Below are positions 19,559 to 30,891 of a stretch of 64,000 bases of DNA, piece by piece (the first letter of the stretch is position 1; every line of letters starts with the position of its first letter). The stretch comes from an uncultured Vicinamibacteraceae bacterium (lineage in GTDB: Bacteria > Acidobacteriota > Vicinamibacteria > Vicinamibacterales > UBA8438): positions 12,347 to 76,346 of the forward strand of contig CAYFFV010000009.1 of assembly GCA_964342695.1 (NCBI GenBank). Direction: 5' to 3'. A program made the translations under genes and the position numbers. A model generated the notes under the pieces. It saw nothing but the letters and a program-made list of their open reading frames with translations, ran no database searches and was not told where the DNA came from.

Positions 19559-20929
19559 ATGTACTCGTCTGACGATACGATTGTAGCTATAGCGACTGGC
19601 CTCGGCCGCGGGGGAATCGGAGTGGTGCGTATTAGTGGGGTCAATGCTCTCGGAATTGTGGACAGTATCATTGATTCAGAGAATGACCTGCAACCCCGAT
19701 ACGCGACGTTTGTGAAAGTAGTTAACAAACTAGATAAAACTCAGTTTCTAGATCAGTCACTTGCCACATATTTTCCCGGACCTTCGTCTTACACAGGCGA
19801 AGACGTGGTTGAACTAAGCTGTCATGGCAACCCTGTCATGCTCCAAGAAATTGTCCAGATTACCATTAGTGCCGGTGCCCGTTTGGCGGAACCGGGTGAA
19901 TTTACGCTACGGGCTTTTCTTAACGGTCGTCTGGACTTAATCCAAGCTGAAGCCGTCTCTGATCTTGTAAATGCGGTTACTCCTTTGCAAGCACGCATTG
20001 CCTTCGATCAGTTGGAGGGCACGACAACTAGCGCAATAAAAGAAATCGATGAAAATCTCTTTGATTTAATAGCTCGGCTTGAGGCATCTATTGATTTTCC
20101 CGAGGAAGACTACCATTTTGTGGGTTCGAATACGGTGGCATCACAAGTTCGAAATCTGCTCGTTCAGACAGGCCGGTTACTCGACAATTCCACAAGAGGT
20201 CGGCTAATACGAGAAGGGTGTCAAGTGGTCATTTTGGGGAAACCCAATGTTGGTAAGTCGACTTTGTTTAATCGCTTCGTTGGTGTGTCGCGAGCAATCG
20301 TGACAGATATTCCAGGCACGACACGCGATTTATTAACAGAAAAAATTGAGGTTGATGGAATTCCGATTACGTTGGTTGACACAGCCGGCATTAGGGAAAC
20401 CTCAAACGCCATAGAGCTCGAAGGTGTCAACCGTGCGCGAGGAGCTTTAAGCGTGGCGGGAGCAGTCATACTCGTTCTGGATGCCTCAAGGAGACTGGAA
20501 GAACAGGATTTAGTGCTTCTCGAGGAAACCCCAGAAAAAAATAGAATTGTTGTTATCAACAAGAACGATTTACAACGAAAATGGCAGGCAAAAGATCTCG
20601 GAGATGTTAGTAATGTTATTAACATCTCTCTCCACGAAGAAACAGATTTTAGTATTCTTCGGTCGGCTCTTACGGCAATGTTGGTCGGGGGATCTGAAGA
20701 AATCTTGCGCGACACGCCTATGTTGTCAAATCTCAGACATATTGGTTTGGTAGAGCGTGCAGAGACAGCATTGAGACGTGCAGAAAAGGCTGCTGAAGAC
20801 GCCCGACCGGAAGAATTAGTATTAGCGGATCTACAAGAAGCGCTTGAAACAATGGAAGAGGTAACAGGAAAGCGTACCGCTGATGATCTCCTAAATAAAA
20901 TCTTTACAGAATTTTGTATTGGAAAATAA
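19559..20929 (+). CDS. mnmE: tRNA modification GTPase MnmE
   Basis: VAIATGLGRGGIGVVRISG, G-domain motifs GKPNVGKSTLFN / DTAGIRE / NKNDL, and the C-terminal FCIGK. Confidence 0.95.
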   Translation: MYSSDDTIVAIATGLGRGGIGVVRISGVNALGIVDSIIDSENDLQPRYATFVKVVNKLDKTQFLDQSLATYFPGPSSYTGEDVVELSCHGNPVMLQEIVQITISAGARLAEPGEFTLRAFLNGRLDLIQAEAVSDLVNAVTPLQARIAFDQLEGTTTSAIKEIDENLFDLIARLEASIDFPEEDYHFVGSNTVASQVRNLLVQTGRLLDNSTRGRLIREGCQVVILGKPNVGKSTLFNRFVGVSRAIVTDIPGTTRDLLTEKIEVDGIPITLVDTAGIRETSNAIELEGVNRARGALSVAGAVILVLDASRRLEEQDLVLLEETPEKNRIVVINKNDLQRKWQAKDLGDVSNVINISLHEETDFSILRSALTAMLVGGSEEILRDTPMLSNLRHIGLVERAETALRRAEKAAEDARPEELVLADLQEALETMEEVTGKRTADDLLNKIFTEFCIGK

Positions 20930-20951
20930 GGGAATTAGAATTCAGTCCGAG

Positions 20952-22826
20952 ATGCAAAAGTTTGATGTTCTGGTAATTGGTGCGGGGCATGCGGGTTGTG
21001 AGGCCGCACATGCTGCGGCACGCCTAGGGTGCCGAGTGGGGCTGTGCACCCTATCAAGGGATACGGTAGCCCACATGCCTTGTAATCCAGCTGTTGGGGG
21101 AACCGCCAAGGGACACTTGGTTCGAGAGATTGATGCACTTGGTGGAGTAATGGGCGAAGCGATTGATGCGACTGGCATTCAGTTTAAATTGCTTAATCGG
21201 AGTCGCGGGCCAGCCGTTTGGTCTCCTCGAGCGCAGGCGGACAAGAAACAGTATGGGTTATGGATGAAAAACAAGCTTGAGCAGGAGCGCGGCATTGAAT
21301 GGATTATTAGCCAAGCAGGCGCATTAGTTGTGGAACAAAACAAAATCATTGGGGTCGAATTAGAGGACGGCGATATTCTTCGGTGTCGCTCGGTAGTGGT
21401 GACAACAGGCACTTTTCTGAATGGATTAATTCACATTGGGCCGGAAACTCAATCTGCTGGTCGCTTTGGAGAACGTGCAACTCACGGACTCGCCGAGTCG
21501 TTGAAGATGTTAGGTCTTAGATGGGGTCGACTGAAAACGGGAACTCCTCCTAGACTGGATCGAAGGAGTATCGATTTCACAGTCTTTGAGGAGGCGCCAG
21601 GAGACGATTTACCGGTTCCTTTTTCTTTTATGAGCGAAGAAATAAGGCGACCTCAGATCATGTGTCACCTAGTGCATACGAATGATCAAATTAGAGATTT
21701 AGTGCGTTCAAATATCGATAAATCACCACTTTATAACGGTCAAATAAATGGTGTCGGCCCTCGTTACTGCCCATCACTCGAAGATAAAGTGATGCGGTTC
21801 CCAAAACGGGAGCGCCATCAGGTTTTTCTTGAGCCGGAAGGTTTAGATGTTAATGAAATATATGTAAATGGGTATTCAATGAGTTTACCCCGCCACGTAC
21901 AAGAAGAGCTAGTTCATGCTCTTCCCGGGTTGGAAAACGCCAAGATGATTCGGCCTGGATATGCTGTCGAATACGACTTTGTACAGCCCACCGAGTTGTT
22001 CCCAACCTTTGAAACAAAACGCGTGGAAGGTTTGTTTTTGGCTGGGCAGGTAAACGGCACGTCTGGTTACGAAGAAGCCGGTGCGCAAGGTTTGTTGGCA
22101 GGTCTTAACGCTGGGCGTCGTTCTCGCGATGAAGACGGAATTGTTATAGGAAGGGACGAAGGCTACATTGGGGTGCTGGCTGATGATCTGACGAGCAAAG
22201 GTTGTCTTGAGCCCTACAGAATGTTTACCTCGAGAGCCGAACATAGATTGCTTCTACGTATAGACAATGCCGACCTACGTTTAACCAAACTGGGACGAAA
22301 GGCCGGACTCATTAATGATGAACGTTGGGATCGGTTTGAGTGTCGGAGAGCAAGGTTTGAAAGCAATAAAAGACTCCTTACCCAAACCACGGTTCGAGTA
22401 GGAAATGGCGAAAGGCTTAAAGCATCAAAGGCTTTACGCCGTCCGACCGTTCAACTAGAGTGGTTGTTGGACCAAGGGGAATTAGATCTGCAATTACAAT
22501 CAAGTGACCGTGCAATTGACATCGCCAGTGTTGAGACGGAATTTAAGTACGCAGGATATTTACAGAGACAGTCAGCTGCAGTGAAACGAAGTCTTCGGTA
22601 TGACAGAGAATCAATTCCAACGGATTTTTGTTATTTGGGTTTGCCGGGTTTGTCACGTGAAATGATCGAGAGGTTAACAGAAATCAAGCCGGTAACATTA
22701 GGGCAGGCTCAAAGGATACCAGGAGTGACGCCGGCAGCAGTTGGAGTGATTGAAGCTTGTCTACGGCGGGACAAAAAGAACATTGGTAAAGGTGTGGGGC
22801 ACTTCGCACCGGAATCTACTTTATAA
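20952..22826 (+). CDS. mnmG: tRNA uridine 5-carboxymethylaminomethyl modification enzyme MnmG
   Basis: FAD motif FDVLVIGAGHAGCEAA, and GidA-like along its full length. Start taken as ATG 20952 (MQKFDVLV), which avoids the overlap with mnmE implied by the ORF-track start at 20919. Confidence 0.95.
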   Translation: MQKFDVLVIGAGHAGCEAAHAAARLGCRVGLCTLSRDTVAHMPCNPAVGGTAKGHLVREIDALGGVMGEAIDATGIQFKLLNRSRGPAVWSPRAQADKKQYGLWMKNKLEQERGIEWIISQAGALVVEQNKIIGVELEDGDILRCRSVVVTTGTFLNGLIHIGPETQSAGRFGERATHGLAESLKMLGLRWGRLKTGTPPRLDRRSIDFTVFEEAPGDDLPVPFSFMSEEIRRPQIMCHLVHTNDQIRDLVRSNIDKSPLYNGQINGVGPRYCPSLEDKVMRFPKRERHQVFLEPEGLDVNEIYVNGYSMSLPRHVQEELVHALPGLENAKMIRPGYAVEYDFVQPTELFPTFETKRVEGLFLAGQVNGTSGYEEAGAQGLLAGLNAGRRSRDEDGIVIGRDEGYIGVLADDLTSKGCLEPYRMFTSRAEHRLLLRIDNADLRLTKLGRKAGLINDERWDRFECRRARFESNKRLLTQTTVRVGNGERLKASKALRRPTVQLEWLLDQGELDLQLQSSDRAIDIASVETEFKYAGYLQRQSAAVKRSLRYDRESIPTDFCYLGLPGLSREMIERLTEIKPVTLGQAQRIPGVTPAAVGVIEACLRRDKKNIGKGVGHFAPESTL

Positions 22827-22849
22827 ATACTCAAAATTAAGTTGGTGAA

Positions 22850-23533
22850 ATGAGAAAAGAGGATCTTGCGGGAAAGGTCCGCACTGCTGCAGTGCGTGCG
22901 GGTGCTGATCAACCGGAAAGGGTGATCTCTGATTTGTGTTCGTATCTTTTGCTGCTTTGGAAATGGAACAAAAAGATAAATCTGACCAAATTGGACGATA
23001 GTATCTCCGGCCTAGATCGCCTTGTGGTAGAGCCGCTGACGGTGGCCAAGGAAGAGATGAGAAGGAAACCCTCTTACAAAGTGATTGACATAGGTTCTGG
23101 CGGTGGAAGTCCGGCGATCCCGATGAATTTGGCTAATAGAGAGAGTTCTCTTGTCATGGTGGAAAAGAAGGAAAAGAAGGGAATATTCCTTCGGGAGGTC
23201 ATACGCGTCTTAGGCTTGGAAAATGTGTCGGTTACGACTGCTCACTATCAGGACTTAGTGGTGGAGTCAGGTTTTCAGAAACAATTTGATCTTCTGACCG
23301 TTCGAGGTGTGCGGGTTGATAGAAAGGCATTGTTGACATTGAAATTATTTCTTAAGGATGGTGGCCGTTTACTCGTTTTCGGGTCTATGGAAAAGATGGG
23401 AAACGAAGAGCTGAGAGAGAGTGGTTTTAGTTCCGTAGAGATAAAAAACTTTGTTGTCGGTCAAGTGGAAACGACGGTGTTTACTTGTAGCGAAAAAAAA
23501 GCGAACCTTATATTTACTAAATCTGTGAAGTGA
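22850..23533 (+). CDS. rsmG: 16S rRNA (guanine527-N7)-methyltransferase RsmG
   Basis: LLWKWNKKINLT and SAM motif VIDIGSGGGSPAIP. Sits after mnmG. Confidence 0.85.
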   Translation: MRKEDLAGKVRTAAVRAGADQPERVISDLCSYLLLLWKWNKKINLTKLDDSISGLDRLVVEPLTVAKEEMRRKPSYKVIDIGSGGGSPAIPMNLANRESSLVMVEKKEKKGIFLREVIRVLGLENVSVTTAHYQDLVVESGFQKQFDLLTVRGVRVDRKALLTLKLFLKDGGRLLVFGSMEKMGNEELRESGFSSVEIKNFVVGQVETTVFTCSEKKANLIFTKSVK

Positions 23534-23727
23534 AATGCGAGGTTGTTAAATTAAAATATCTAACCAACATAATTTAAACGTTTTTTATTTACCAATTGTA
23601 AGCCTTATGTCACTTTTTTATAAGAGAGCAAAACGTAAATAAATAAGGAGGCTTTGAAATTTTTACTCTTAACACAAATCGCTATGAGGAACATCAAAGT
23701 CTGAGAGTGAAAAATATTAAGGATTAG

Positions 23728-23743
23728 TGTTCCACGTGGAACA
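23728..23743. promoter_or_regulatory. parS centromere-like site 1
   Basis: TGTTCCACGTGGAACA is a perfect 16-bp palindrome matching the chromosomal parS consensus tGTTNCACGTGAAACa in 15 of 16 positions. It lies 0.3 kb upstream of parA. Confidence 0.8.
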
Positions 23744-23928
23744 AAAGTTAAGTCAAAGACTTAATAAAAAAAATTATAAAGATGAAAAAACTCTTAGACC
23801 ACTCCCCTATCTTTAATTCTTAACAGGCTAGGATATTTTATTTTCATAATAGATTTAATAAACCTAGTTTGTCTTTATATTTTAAAATATAAGATGTTTT
23901 CCATGAAACGTAAAAATCATATTTTTAT

Positions 23929-23944
23929 TGTTCCACGTGAAACA
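23929..23944. promoter_or_regulatory. parS centromere-like site 2
   Basis: TGTTCCACGTGAAACA matches the parS consensus at every specified position. It lies about 90 bp upstream of parA. Confidence 0.85.
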
Positions 23945-24019
23945 GATTGACTGAAAATTAATGAAGATATAAAATAAGGACGAGCACACAACTTTAGGTT
24001 ATACAACATAATATTTGGG

Positions 24020-24826
24020 GTGTTCAACCTATATATGGTGAGATCTGCTGTCGCGATTGCCAATCAGAAGGGTGGTGTGGGTAAAACAACCACGACTATA
24101 AATTTGGCCGCTGCATTGTGCCGCCTAGGCAGAACAGTGTTAGTGGTCGATATGGATCCACAGGCCAATCTGACTAGTGGAATAGGTTTGAAGGGTAGGC
24201 CAGCTCCGGGGGGAACAGTTTATAACGCTCTGACGGGTGAGTTCGATTGTGATTTTAGAGATTTTGTGGTGCCGACGGCAGTTTCTGGTTTATCGCTCAT
24301 TCCTGCGGATAGAAATTTGACAGGAGCGGAGCTAGAACTAGTGAACCTTCCTCGGAGAGAAAGCCGGTTGCGGCCGATAGTGAATGGCGCGCGCCGCGTT
24401 TTTGATTACATTTTTATCGATACTCCGCCGTCTTTGGGCCTTCTTACCCTCAACGCTTTGGTCGCGGTCGACGAGGTATTTATACCGCTCACATGTGAAT
24501 ATTTTTCTCTGGAAGGTCTAGCAGAGTTGACCGCGACGGTCCAGCGAGTTCAGGCAAGTTTTAACGCCCAGCTTGAAATTGGTGGTGTTCTTCTGACTAT
24601 GGCCGACTTGAGAACGAATCTTGGAAAACAGGTGACGCAAGAAGTTCGTGGATTTTTTAAGGAGAAAGTTTTTGAGACTGTTATACCGAGAAATATTCGT
24701 CTGGGAGAAGCGCCAAGTCATGGACTACCCGTTCTTACATACGATAGCCGATCACGCGGTGCTGTTGCCTATGTCGCGTTGGCTGAAGAAGTAGAATCGA
24801 AACGAGAACCAAATCTACCATCTTAA
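24020..24826 (+). CDS. parA: Chromosome partitioning ATPase ParA/Soj
   Basis: Deviant Walker A NQKGGVGKTTT and Walker B-like IFIDTPPSLG. The start may be ATG 24035 (MVRSAVAIANQ) rather than GTG 24020. Confidence 0.93.
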   Translation: MFNLYMVRSAVAIANQKGGVGKTTTTINLAAALCRLGRTVLVVDMDPQANLTSGIGLKGRPAPGGTVYNALTGEFDCDFRDFVVPTAVSGLSLIPADRNLTGAELELVNLPRRESRLRPIVNGARRVFDYIFIDTPPSLGLLTLNALVAVDEVFIPLTCEYFSLEGLAELTATVQRVQASFNAQLEIGGVLLTMADLRTNLGKQVTQEVRGFFKEKVFETVIPRNIRLGEAPSHGLPVLTYDSRSRGAVAYVALAEEVESKREPNLPS

Positions 24827-24839
24827 GGAGTTAAAGATA

Positions 24840-25697
24840 GTGCCTGACAAGCGTCCTGCTCTTGGTCGAGGTTTAAGTGCCTTGATACCAGATATTCCAC
24901 AGGCAAATTCTCCGAGTTCAACTTCGGTGACTAATGAAGTCGATCTTGACCTGCTTCAGCCTAACGAAGATCAGCCCAGACGTTCTATTGATGAGACTAA
25001 ACTTGAAGAATTAGCCCAATCTATTCGTGGGAGTGGCGTTATTCAACCGATAATAGTTCGACCAAAAGAAACCGGAAAATACGAGATCGTGGCAGGTGAA
25101 CGACGGTGGCGCGCCGCACAAAAAGCGGGTCTACTAAAAGTGCCTGTCGTTGTTAGGGAAGTCGATGATAATAGGCGGTTAGAGCTGGCTTTAATTGAGA
25201 ATATACAGAGAGAAAACCTGAATCCTCTTGAAGAGGCAAAAGCGTATAAACAGCTAAGTGAACAGCTCACACAGGAAGAGATTTCGAGTGTTGTTGGTAA
25301 AGATCGAGCAACGGTTGCCAACTATCAACGTCTTCTTGCTTTACCCATTGAAGTCCAGAACGATCTTGCGGCAGGTGGCTTAAGTATGGGGCATGCTAGG
25401 GCTCTCCTGAGTCTCACGGATCCAGCGATTCAACGACGGTTGGCGCGTGATATTCAATCGCGAGTACTTTCCGTAAGAGACACAGAATTATTGGTCAAAA
25501 GCATTTTGTCACCAAAACCTACAAGACTAAGTACAAAGGAACCAGATGTTCATACAAGAGCAGCTGAGGAGCGCCTGCGGGTGGTTCTGGGAACACGAGT
25601 CCAGATAAAGCGGAAGGTTCGAGGTGGCCGTATTGAAATTCAGTTTACTTCAGACGATGAATTACAGCGTCTCTTTGAACAACTAACAGCGCAGTAA
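24840..25697 (+). CDS. parB: Chromosome partitioning protein ParB/Spo0J
   Basis: ParB boxes (IQPIIVRP; YEIVAGERRWRAAQKAGL) and an HTH region. GTG start with AAGGAG 10 nt upstream. Confidence 0.93.
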   Translation: MPDKRPALGRGLSALIPDIPQANSPSSTSVTNEVDLDLLQPNEDQPRRSIDETKLEELAQSIRGSGVIQPIIVRPKETGKYEIVAGERRWRAAQKAGLLKVPVVVREVDDNRRLELALIENIQRENLNPLEEAKAYKQLSEQLTQEEISSVVGKDRATVANYQRLLALPIEVQNDLAAGGLSMGHARALLSLTDPAIQRRLARDIQSRVLSVRDTELLVKSILSPKPTRLSTKEPDVHTRAAEERLRVVLGTRVQIKRKVRGGRIEIQFTSDDELQRLFEQLTAQ

Positions 25698-25867
25698 GTG
25701 CTTGCGCCTTGTTGACCCTGAATGGTATAAATATCTGTTTGGCCAGCAATGAATCACCCTAGACTGGAAGGTTTTCGCGAGAGGTTGTCTTCTCTAGGTT
25801 ACAACCGAGAAGCATCTGGTGCTAAAACGGGGGCCAGCCAGTTAGCAAATAAGCGAGTTATCTGACT

Positions 25868-26413
25868 ATGGCAAATCGCGCTGCCGCGATGCGGTATGCA
25901 CGGGCATTATTTGAAGTCGCAGAGCAGGAAAATCAACTTGAGACGGTCGGAAGAGAGGTGTGTGAATTTACCGCTCTAATGACTGAGTATTTAGTGGTTG
26001 AAAAAAGCCTGCTCAATCCGGCAATACCGGTTGCTAAAAAGATAGGTATCGTGCAGGCGATTACCGCAAAAGAGACGACCTCAAAGATTACCACTCGGTT
26101 TTTAAATTTATTGGCAGAGCGGAATCGTTTTGGGATCCTACACGAGATTCATAAAGAGTACACAGAACGTTTGTTGGTTCGCCAAGGAATTCTTCGGGCT
26201 CGAATAACCACGGTTTCCCCTTTGTCGGATGAACGCATTAACGACATAGCTAAAAAACTCTCAAGAACATTGGGTAAAGAAGTCACAGTCGACAATGACG
26301 TTAACTCGTTGATGCTTGGGGGAGTGGTGACGCAAATAGGAAGCATGGTTTGGGATGGTAGCGTCTCTCAGCATTTGACTCGACTGAGGAAACGCTTTTT
26401 GGGCGAGGTATAA
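25868..26413 (+). CDS. atpH: F-type ATP synthase subunit delta (OSCP)
   Basis: ARRYARALFEVA-like N-terminus (AMRYARALFEVAEQ), 181 aa, directly precedes atpA. Confidence 0.85.
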   Translation: MANRAAAMRYARALFEVAEQENQLETVGREVCEFTALMTEYLVVEKSLLNPAIPVAKKIGIVQAITAKETTSKITTRFLNLLAERNRFGILHEIHKEYTERLLVRQGILRARITTVSPLSDERINDIAKKLSRTLGKEVTVDNDVNSLMLGGVVTQIGSMVWDGSVSQHLTRLRKRFLGEV

Positions 26414-26434
26414 CGGGACAGATGAGGTAAAAGG

Positions 26435-27955
26435 ATGGACATCAAGGCTGACGAGATTTCAAAAATTATCAAGGACCAATTGGGTGATTATTCACTCGAC
26501 GTTGACGTTGCCGAAGTCGGTACTGTGGTTTCAGTGGGCGACGGTATTGCGAGGTTACACGGCATTGAAGGAGCGATGGCGACTGAGATGCTGGAATTTC
26601 CACATGGAATCTTCGGAATCGCGTTGAATCTTGAAGAGGACGGGGTTGGTGCTGTGCTCCTTGGATCGTCGACAGACATCAAAGAGGGTGACACGGTTAA
26701 AAGAACAGGCCGAGTAATCTCAGTTCCGGTAGGAGACGCGATGTTGGGACGAGTCGTGAATGCACTTGGACAGCCGATAGATGGAAAAGGCCCTATTGCT
26801 GCTGAACAACAATCTCCTATAGAACGGATTGCTCCTGGTGTTGTGGATCGGCAGCCTGTTGCAGAGCCGATGCAGACAGGATTAAAGGCCATTGATGGAA
26901 TGGTTCCAATTGGGCGTGGTCAGCGGGAACTAATTATTGGTGACAGACAAACGGGTAAAACGGCTGTTGCGCTGGACGCCATCATCAATCAAAAAGGCCT
27001 TGGGGTTATTTGTATCTACAACGCGATTGGCCAAAAACAATCGACCATTGCGCAGGTGGTAAAAACCCTGGAAGATGAAGGAGCTTTAGAGTACACGGTT
27101 GTCGTTGCGGCTGCTGCTTCAGATCCGGCTCCCCTTCTGTATATAAGTCCTTATTCTGCTTGCACAATAGGAGAGTTTTTTAGGGACTCAGGACGGCACG
27201 CAGTTTGTATTTATGACGATCTTTCAAAACACGCTCAGGCATATCGCGAAATATCGTTGTTACTTCGAAGACCTCCTGGCCGGGAGGCCTTTCCAGGAGA
27301 TGTTTTCTACCTTCATTCCAGATTATTAGAGAGGGCGGCGAAGTTAAACGACGAACTTGGTGGTGGGTCGTTGACTGCGTTACCCGTCATTGAAACACAG
27401 GCGGGAGATCTTTCTGCTTACATCCCAACAAACGTCATTTCTATTACAGATGGGCAGATTTTCTTGGAATCTGATCTTTTTCACCAAGGTGTTCGTCCGG
27501 CAATTAACGTTGGTCAATCGGTTTCGCGTGTTGGAGGTAATGCTCAAACCAAAGCTATGAAGAAAGTAGCCGGAACCCTTCGCTTAGATTTGGCGTCGTA
27601 TCGTGAGTTGCAAGCATTTGCCCAATTCGGTAGTGATCTTGATAAAGCAACCTTGAAACAACTTAATAGAGGAGAAAGATTAGTTGAACTGTTAAAACAA
27701 CCACAGTATGCACCGCTAGCGGTTGAGCGACAGGTCGCCATCCTTTTTGCAGGAACGCGGGGTTTTCTTGACGAGGTGGAAATAACTGATTTAGCAACAT
27801 ACGAGCATGATCTTTATGAGTTTCTTGAGAATAGACACTCAGAGACAATAACTAAACTTCGCACAGAAAAAGTATTGGACGAAGAGTCGTTATCGGCGGC
27901 GGTTGGTGAATTTACAGAGCAATTTATTTCTGCCCGTAAAGGTGCGGCGGCCTGA
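26435..27955 (+). CDS. atpA: F-type ATP synthase subunit alpha
   Basis: Walker [33 protein letters not shown], and full-length similarity. Confidence 0.97.
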   Translation: MDIKADEISKIIKDQLGDYSLDVDVAEVGTVVSVGDGIARLHGIEGAMATEMLEFPHGIFGIALNLEEDGVGAVLLGSSTDIKEGDTVKRTGRVISVPVGDAMLGRVVNALGQPIDGKGPIAAEQQSPIERIAPGVVDRQPVAEPMQTGLKAIDGMVPIGRGQRELIIGDRQTGKTAVALDAIINQKGLGVICIYNAIGQKQSTIAQVVKTLEDEGALEYTVVVAAAASDPAPLLYISPYSACTIGEFFRDSGRHAVCIYDDLSKHAQAYREISLLLRRPPGREAFPGDVFYLHSRLLERAAKLNDELGGGSLTALPVIETQAGDLSAYIPTNVISITDGQIFLESDLFHQGVRPAINVGQSVSRVGGNAQTKAMKKVAGTLRLDLASYRELQAFAQFGSDLDKATLKQLNRGERLVELLKQPQYAPLAVERQVAILFAGTRGFLDEVEITDLATYEHDLYEFLENRHSETITKLRTEKVLDEESLSAAVGEFTEQFISARKGAAA

Positions 27956-27966
27956 GAACCTGAACC

Positions 27967-28821
27967 ATGCCATCACTTCTTGATCTTCGAAGACGTATCC
28001 GTGCAGTTAAATCGACGCAACAGATTACTAAGGCGATGAAAACCGTTTCCGCTTCAAAATTGCGCAGAGCGCAAGATCGTGTAATTGCTGCGCGTCCTTA
28101 TGCGCGACTTATGCAAAGGGTGCTCAGTAGTGTGGCAGCACAGGCTGACCCTGCGACTCATCCTTTACTGGCGGGACCAGTAAATTCTGATGCGCCAGTT
28201 TTGTTGCTTCTGATCACTGCAGATAAGGGACTTTGTGGAAGTTTTAATTCTAGTTTGCTTCGAGAGGCGACGTCATACTGTGATCGTTCTGATCGAAACG
28301 TTTCCATGGGTTTAGTGGGACGAAAAGGACGGGATTTTTTTGTTCGCCGAAACGCGGACGTGCGGTTTGAAGAAGTCAATATTGCGGGAGGTTTGCAGTA
28401 CGCTCATGCTGAGGCAGTCGCGAAAGTTGTGATAGATGAGTACACGTCAGGAAAAGCGTCTGGCGTTTCTCTTATTTACAATGAGTTTAAAAGCGTGATT
28501 CAACAACAAGTCGTTGTGAAAGAACTTTTACCCTTACCGAAGGGCGATTTAGATGATGGGGATTCTACGGAATATTTGTTTGAGCCATCCCCAGATTTGA
28601 TTTTGAGAGATCTTTTGCCACAGCATATAGAAACACAGCTTTTTCAGGCGCTACTTGAATCAATCGCGGCTGAGCATGCTGCACGAATGACAGCAATGGA
28701 TGCCGCAGTTCGAAATGCTGGTGAAATGATAGATAGCTTAACACTTCATATGAACAAAGTGCGTCAAGCGGCCATCACACGCGAATTAATAGAGGTGGTT
28801 TCAGGAGCAGATGCGCTTTAG
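27967..28821 (+). CDS. atpG: F-type ATP synthase subunit gamma
   Basis: IRAVKSTQQITKAMKTVSASKLRRAQ at the N-terminus and AARMTAMDAAVRNAGEMI...NKVRQAAITRELIEVVSGA at the C-terminus. Confidence 0.95.
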   Translation: MPSLLDLRRRIRAVKSTQQITKAMKTVSASKLRRAQDRVIAARPYARLMQRVLSSVAAQADPATHPLLAGPVNSDAPVLLLLITADKGLCGSFNSSLLREATSYCDRSDRNVSMGLVGRKGRDFFVRRNADVRFEEVNIAGGLQYAHAEAVAKVVIDEYTSGKASGVSLIYNEFKSVIQQQVVVKELLPLPKGDLDDGDSTEYLFEPSPDLILRDLLPQHIETQLFQALLESIAAEHAARMTAMDAAVRNAGEMIDSLTLHMNKVRQAAITRELIEVVSGADAL

Positions 28822-28882
28822 GCCGTTAAAGATTTTAGTGGTTTGAGTGCTTTGATAAGGACTAACGATAAGAAAGACTTGA

Positions 28883-30340
<1,458 letters not shown>

Positions 30341-30360
30341 TTTGTTTTAGGGAAAAATTT

Positions 30361-30777
30361 ATGGCACTGCCGTCCAACTTGACTCTCGAAGTAGTTACAG
30401 CGGAACGATCTCTCGTAAATGAAACCATTGACGAAGCTGAAGTTCCGGGGTCGGATGGTTACTTTGGTGTTCTGCCTGGGCACACTCCATTTTTGGCAGC
30501 CCTGAAGGTGGGTGACCTGTGGTTTAGACAGGGTGAAAAAATAACGCATCTATCCGTTGCTTTTGGTTTTGCAGAAGTATTACCAGATCGTATTAGGATT
30601 CTTGCTAAGAATGCAGAGTTAGCTCAAGAAATTGACGTCAATCGGGCCAAAGAGGCGGAACAGCGCGCACGCGCACACTTAGGTGCAGAATCAGTTGAGA
30701 CAGATTTTGATCGCGCCAGTCTGGCTCTTGAAAGGGCTCTCATCCGTTTACGTGTTGCGGCGACAATTGGATCGTAA
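30361..30777 (+). CDS. atpC: F-type ATP synthase subunit epsilon
   Basis: 138 aa. The GYFGVLPGHTPFLAAL motif, and it sits after atpD. Confidence 0.9.
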   Translation: MALPSNLTLEVVTAERSLVNETIDEAEVPGSDGYFGVLPGHTPFLAALKVGDLWFRQGEKITHLSVAFGFAEVLPDRIRILAKNAELAQEIDVNRAKEAEQRARAHLGAESVETDFDRASLALERALIRLRVAATIGS

Positions 30778-30783
30778 AGGTTA

Positions 30784-30823
30784 AAAGATTTAATTAGATT
30801 CTTTGTATTTTCTATAAATCTTT
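30784..30823. repeat. AT-rich inverted repeat downstream of atpC
   Basis: AAAGATTTA (30784-30792) and TAAATCTTT (30815-30823) form a perfect 9-bp stem with a 22-nt loop. There is no U-tract, so it is at best a weak terminator. Confidence 0.25.
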
Positions 30824-30891
30824 CGAGATGTCAGACGGTATAGCCCAAGATTTTGTAGAGAATAAATGGGCTGCGAAATGGCGCGGGATCA

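Noticed and set aside
22649-22664. A parS-like sequence TTTGTCACGTGAAATG inside mnmG.
   Set aside because: It has four mismatches to the 16-bp consensus, including positions in both arms. This is too degenerate to call without a genome-wide background.
23645-23704. A strong AAGGAGG (23645-23651) followed by a TTG-initiated 16-codon mini-ORF in the AT-rich rsmG-parA spacer.
   Set aside because: The ORF is tiny, has a non-ATG start and has no supporting feature. The Shine-Dalgarno-like heptamer alone is insufficient. It is mentioned only as something ribosome profiling could revisit.
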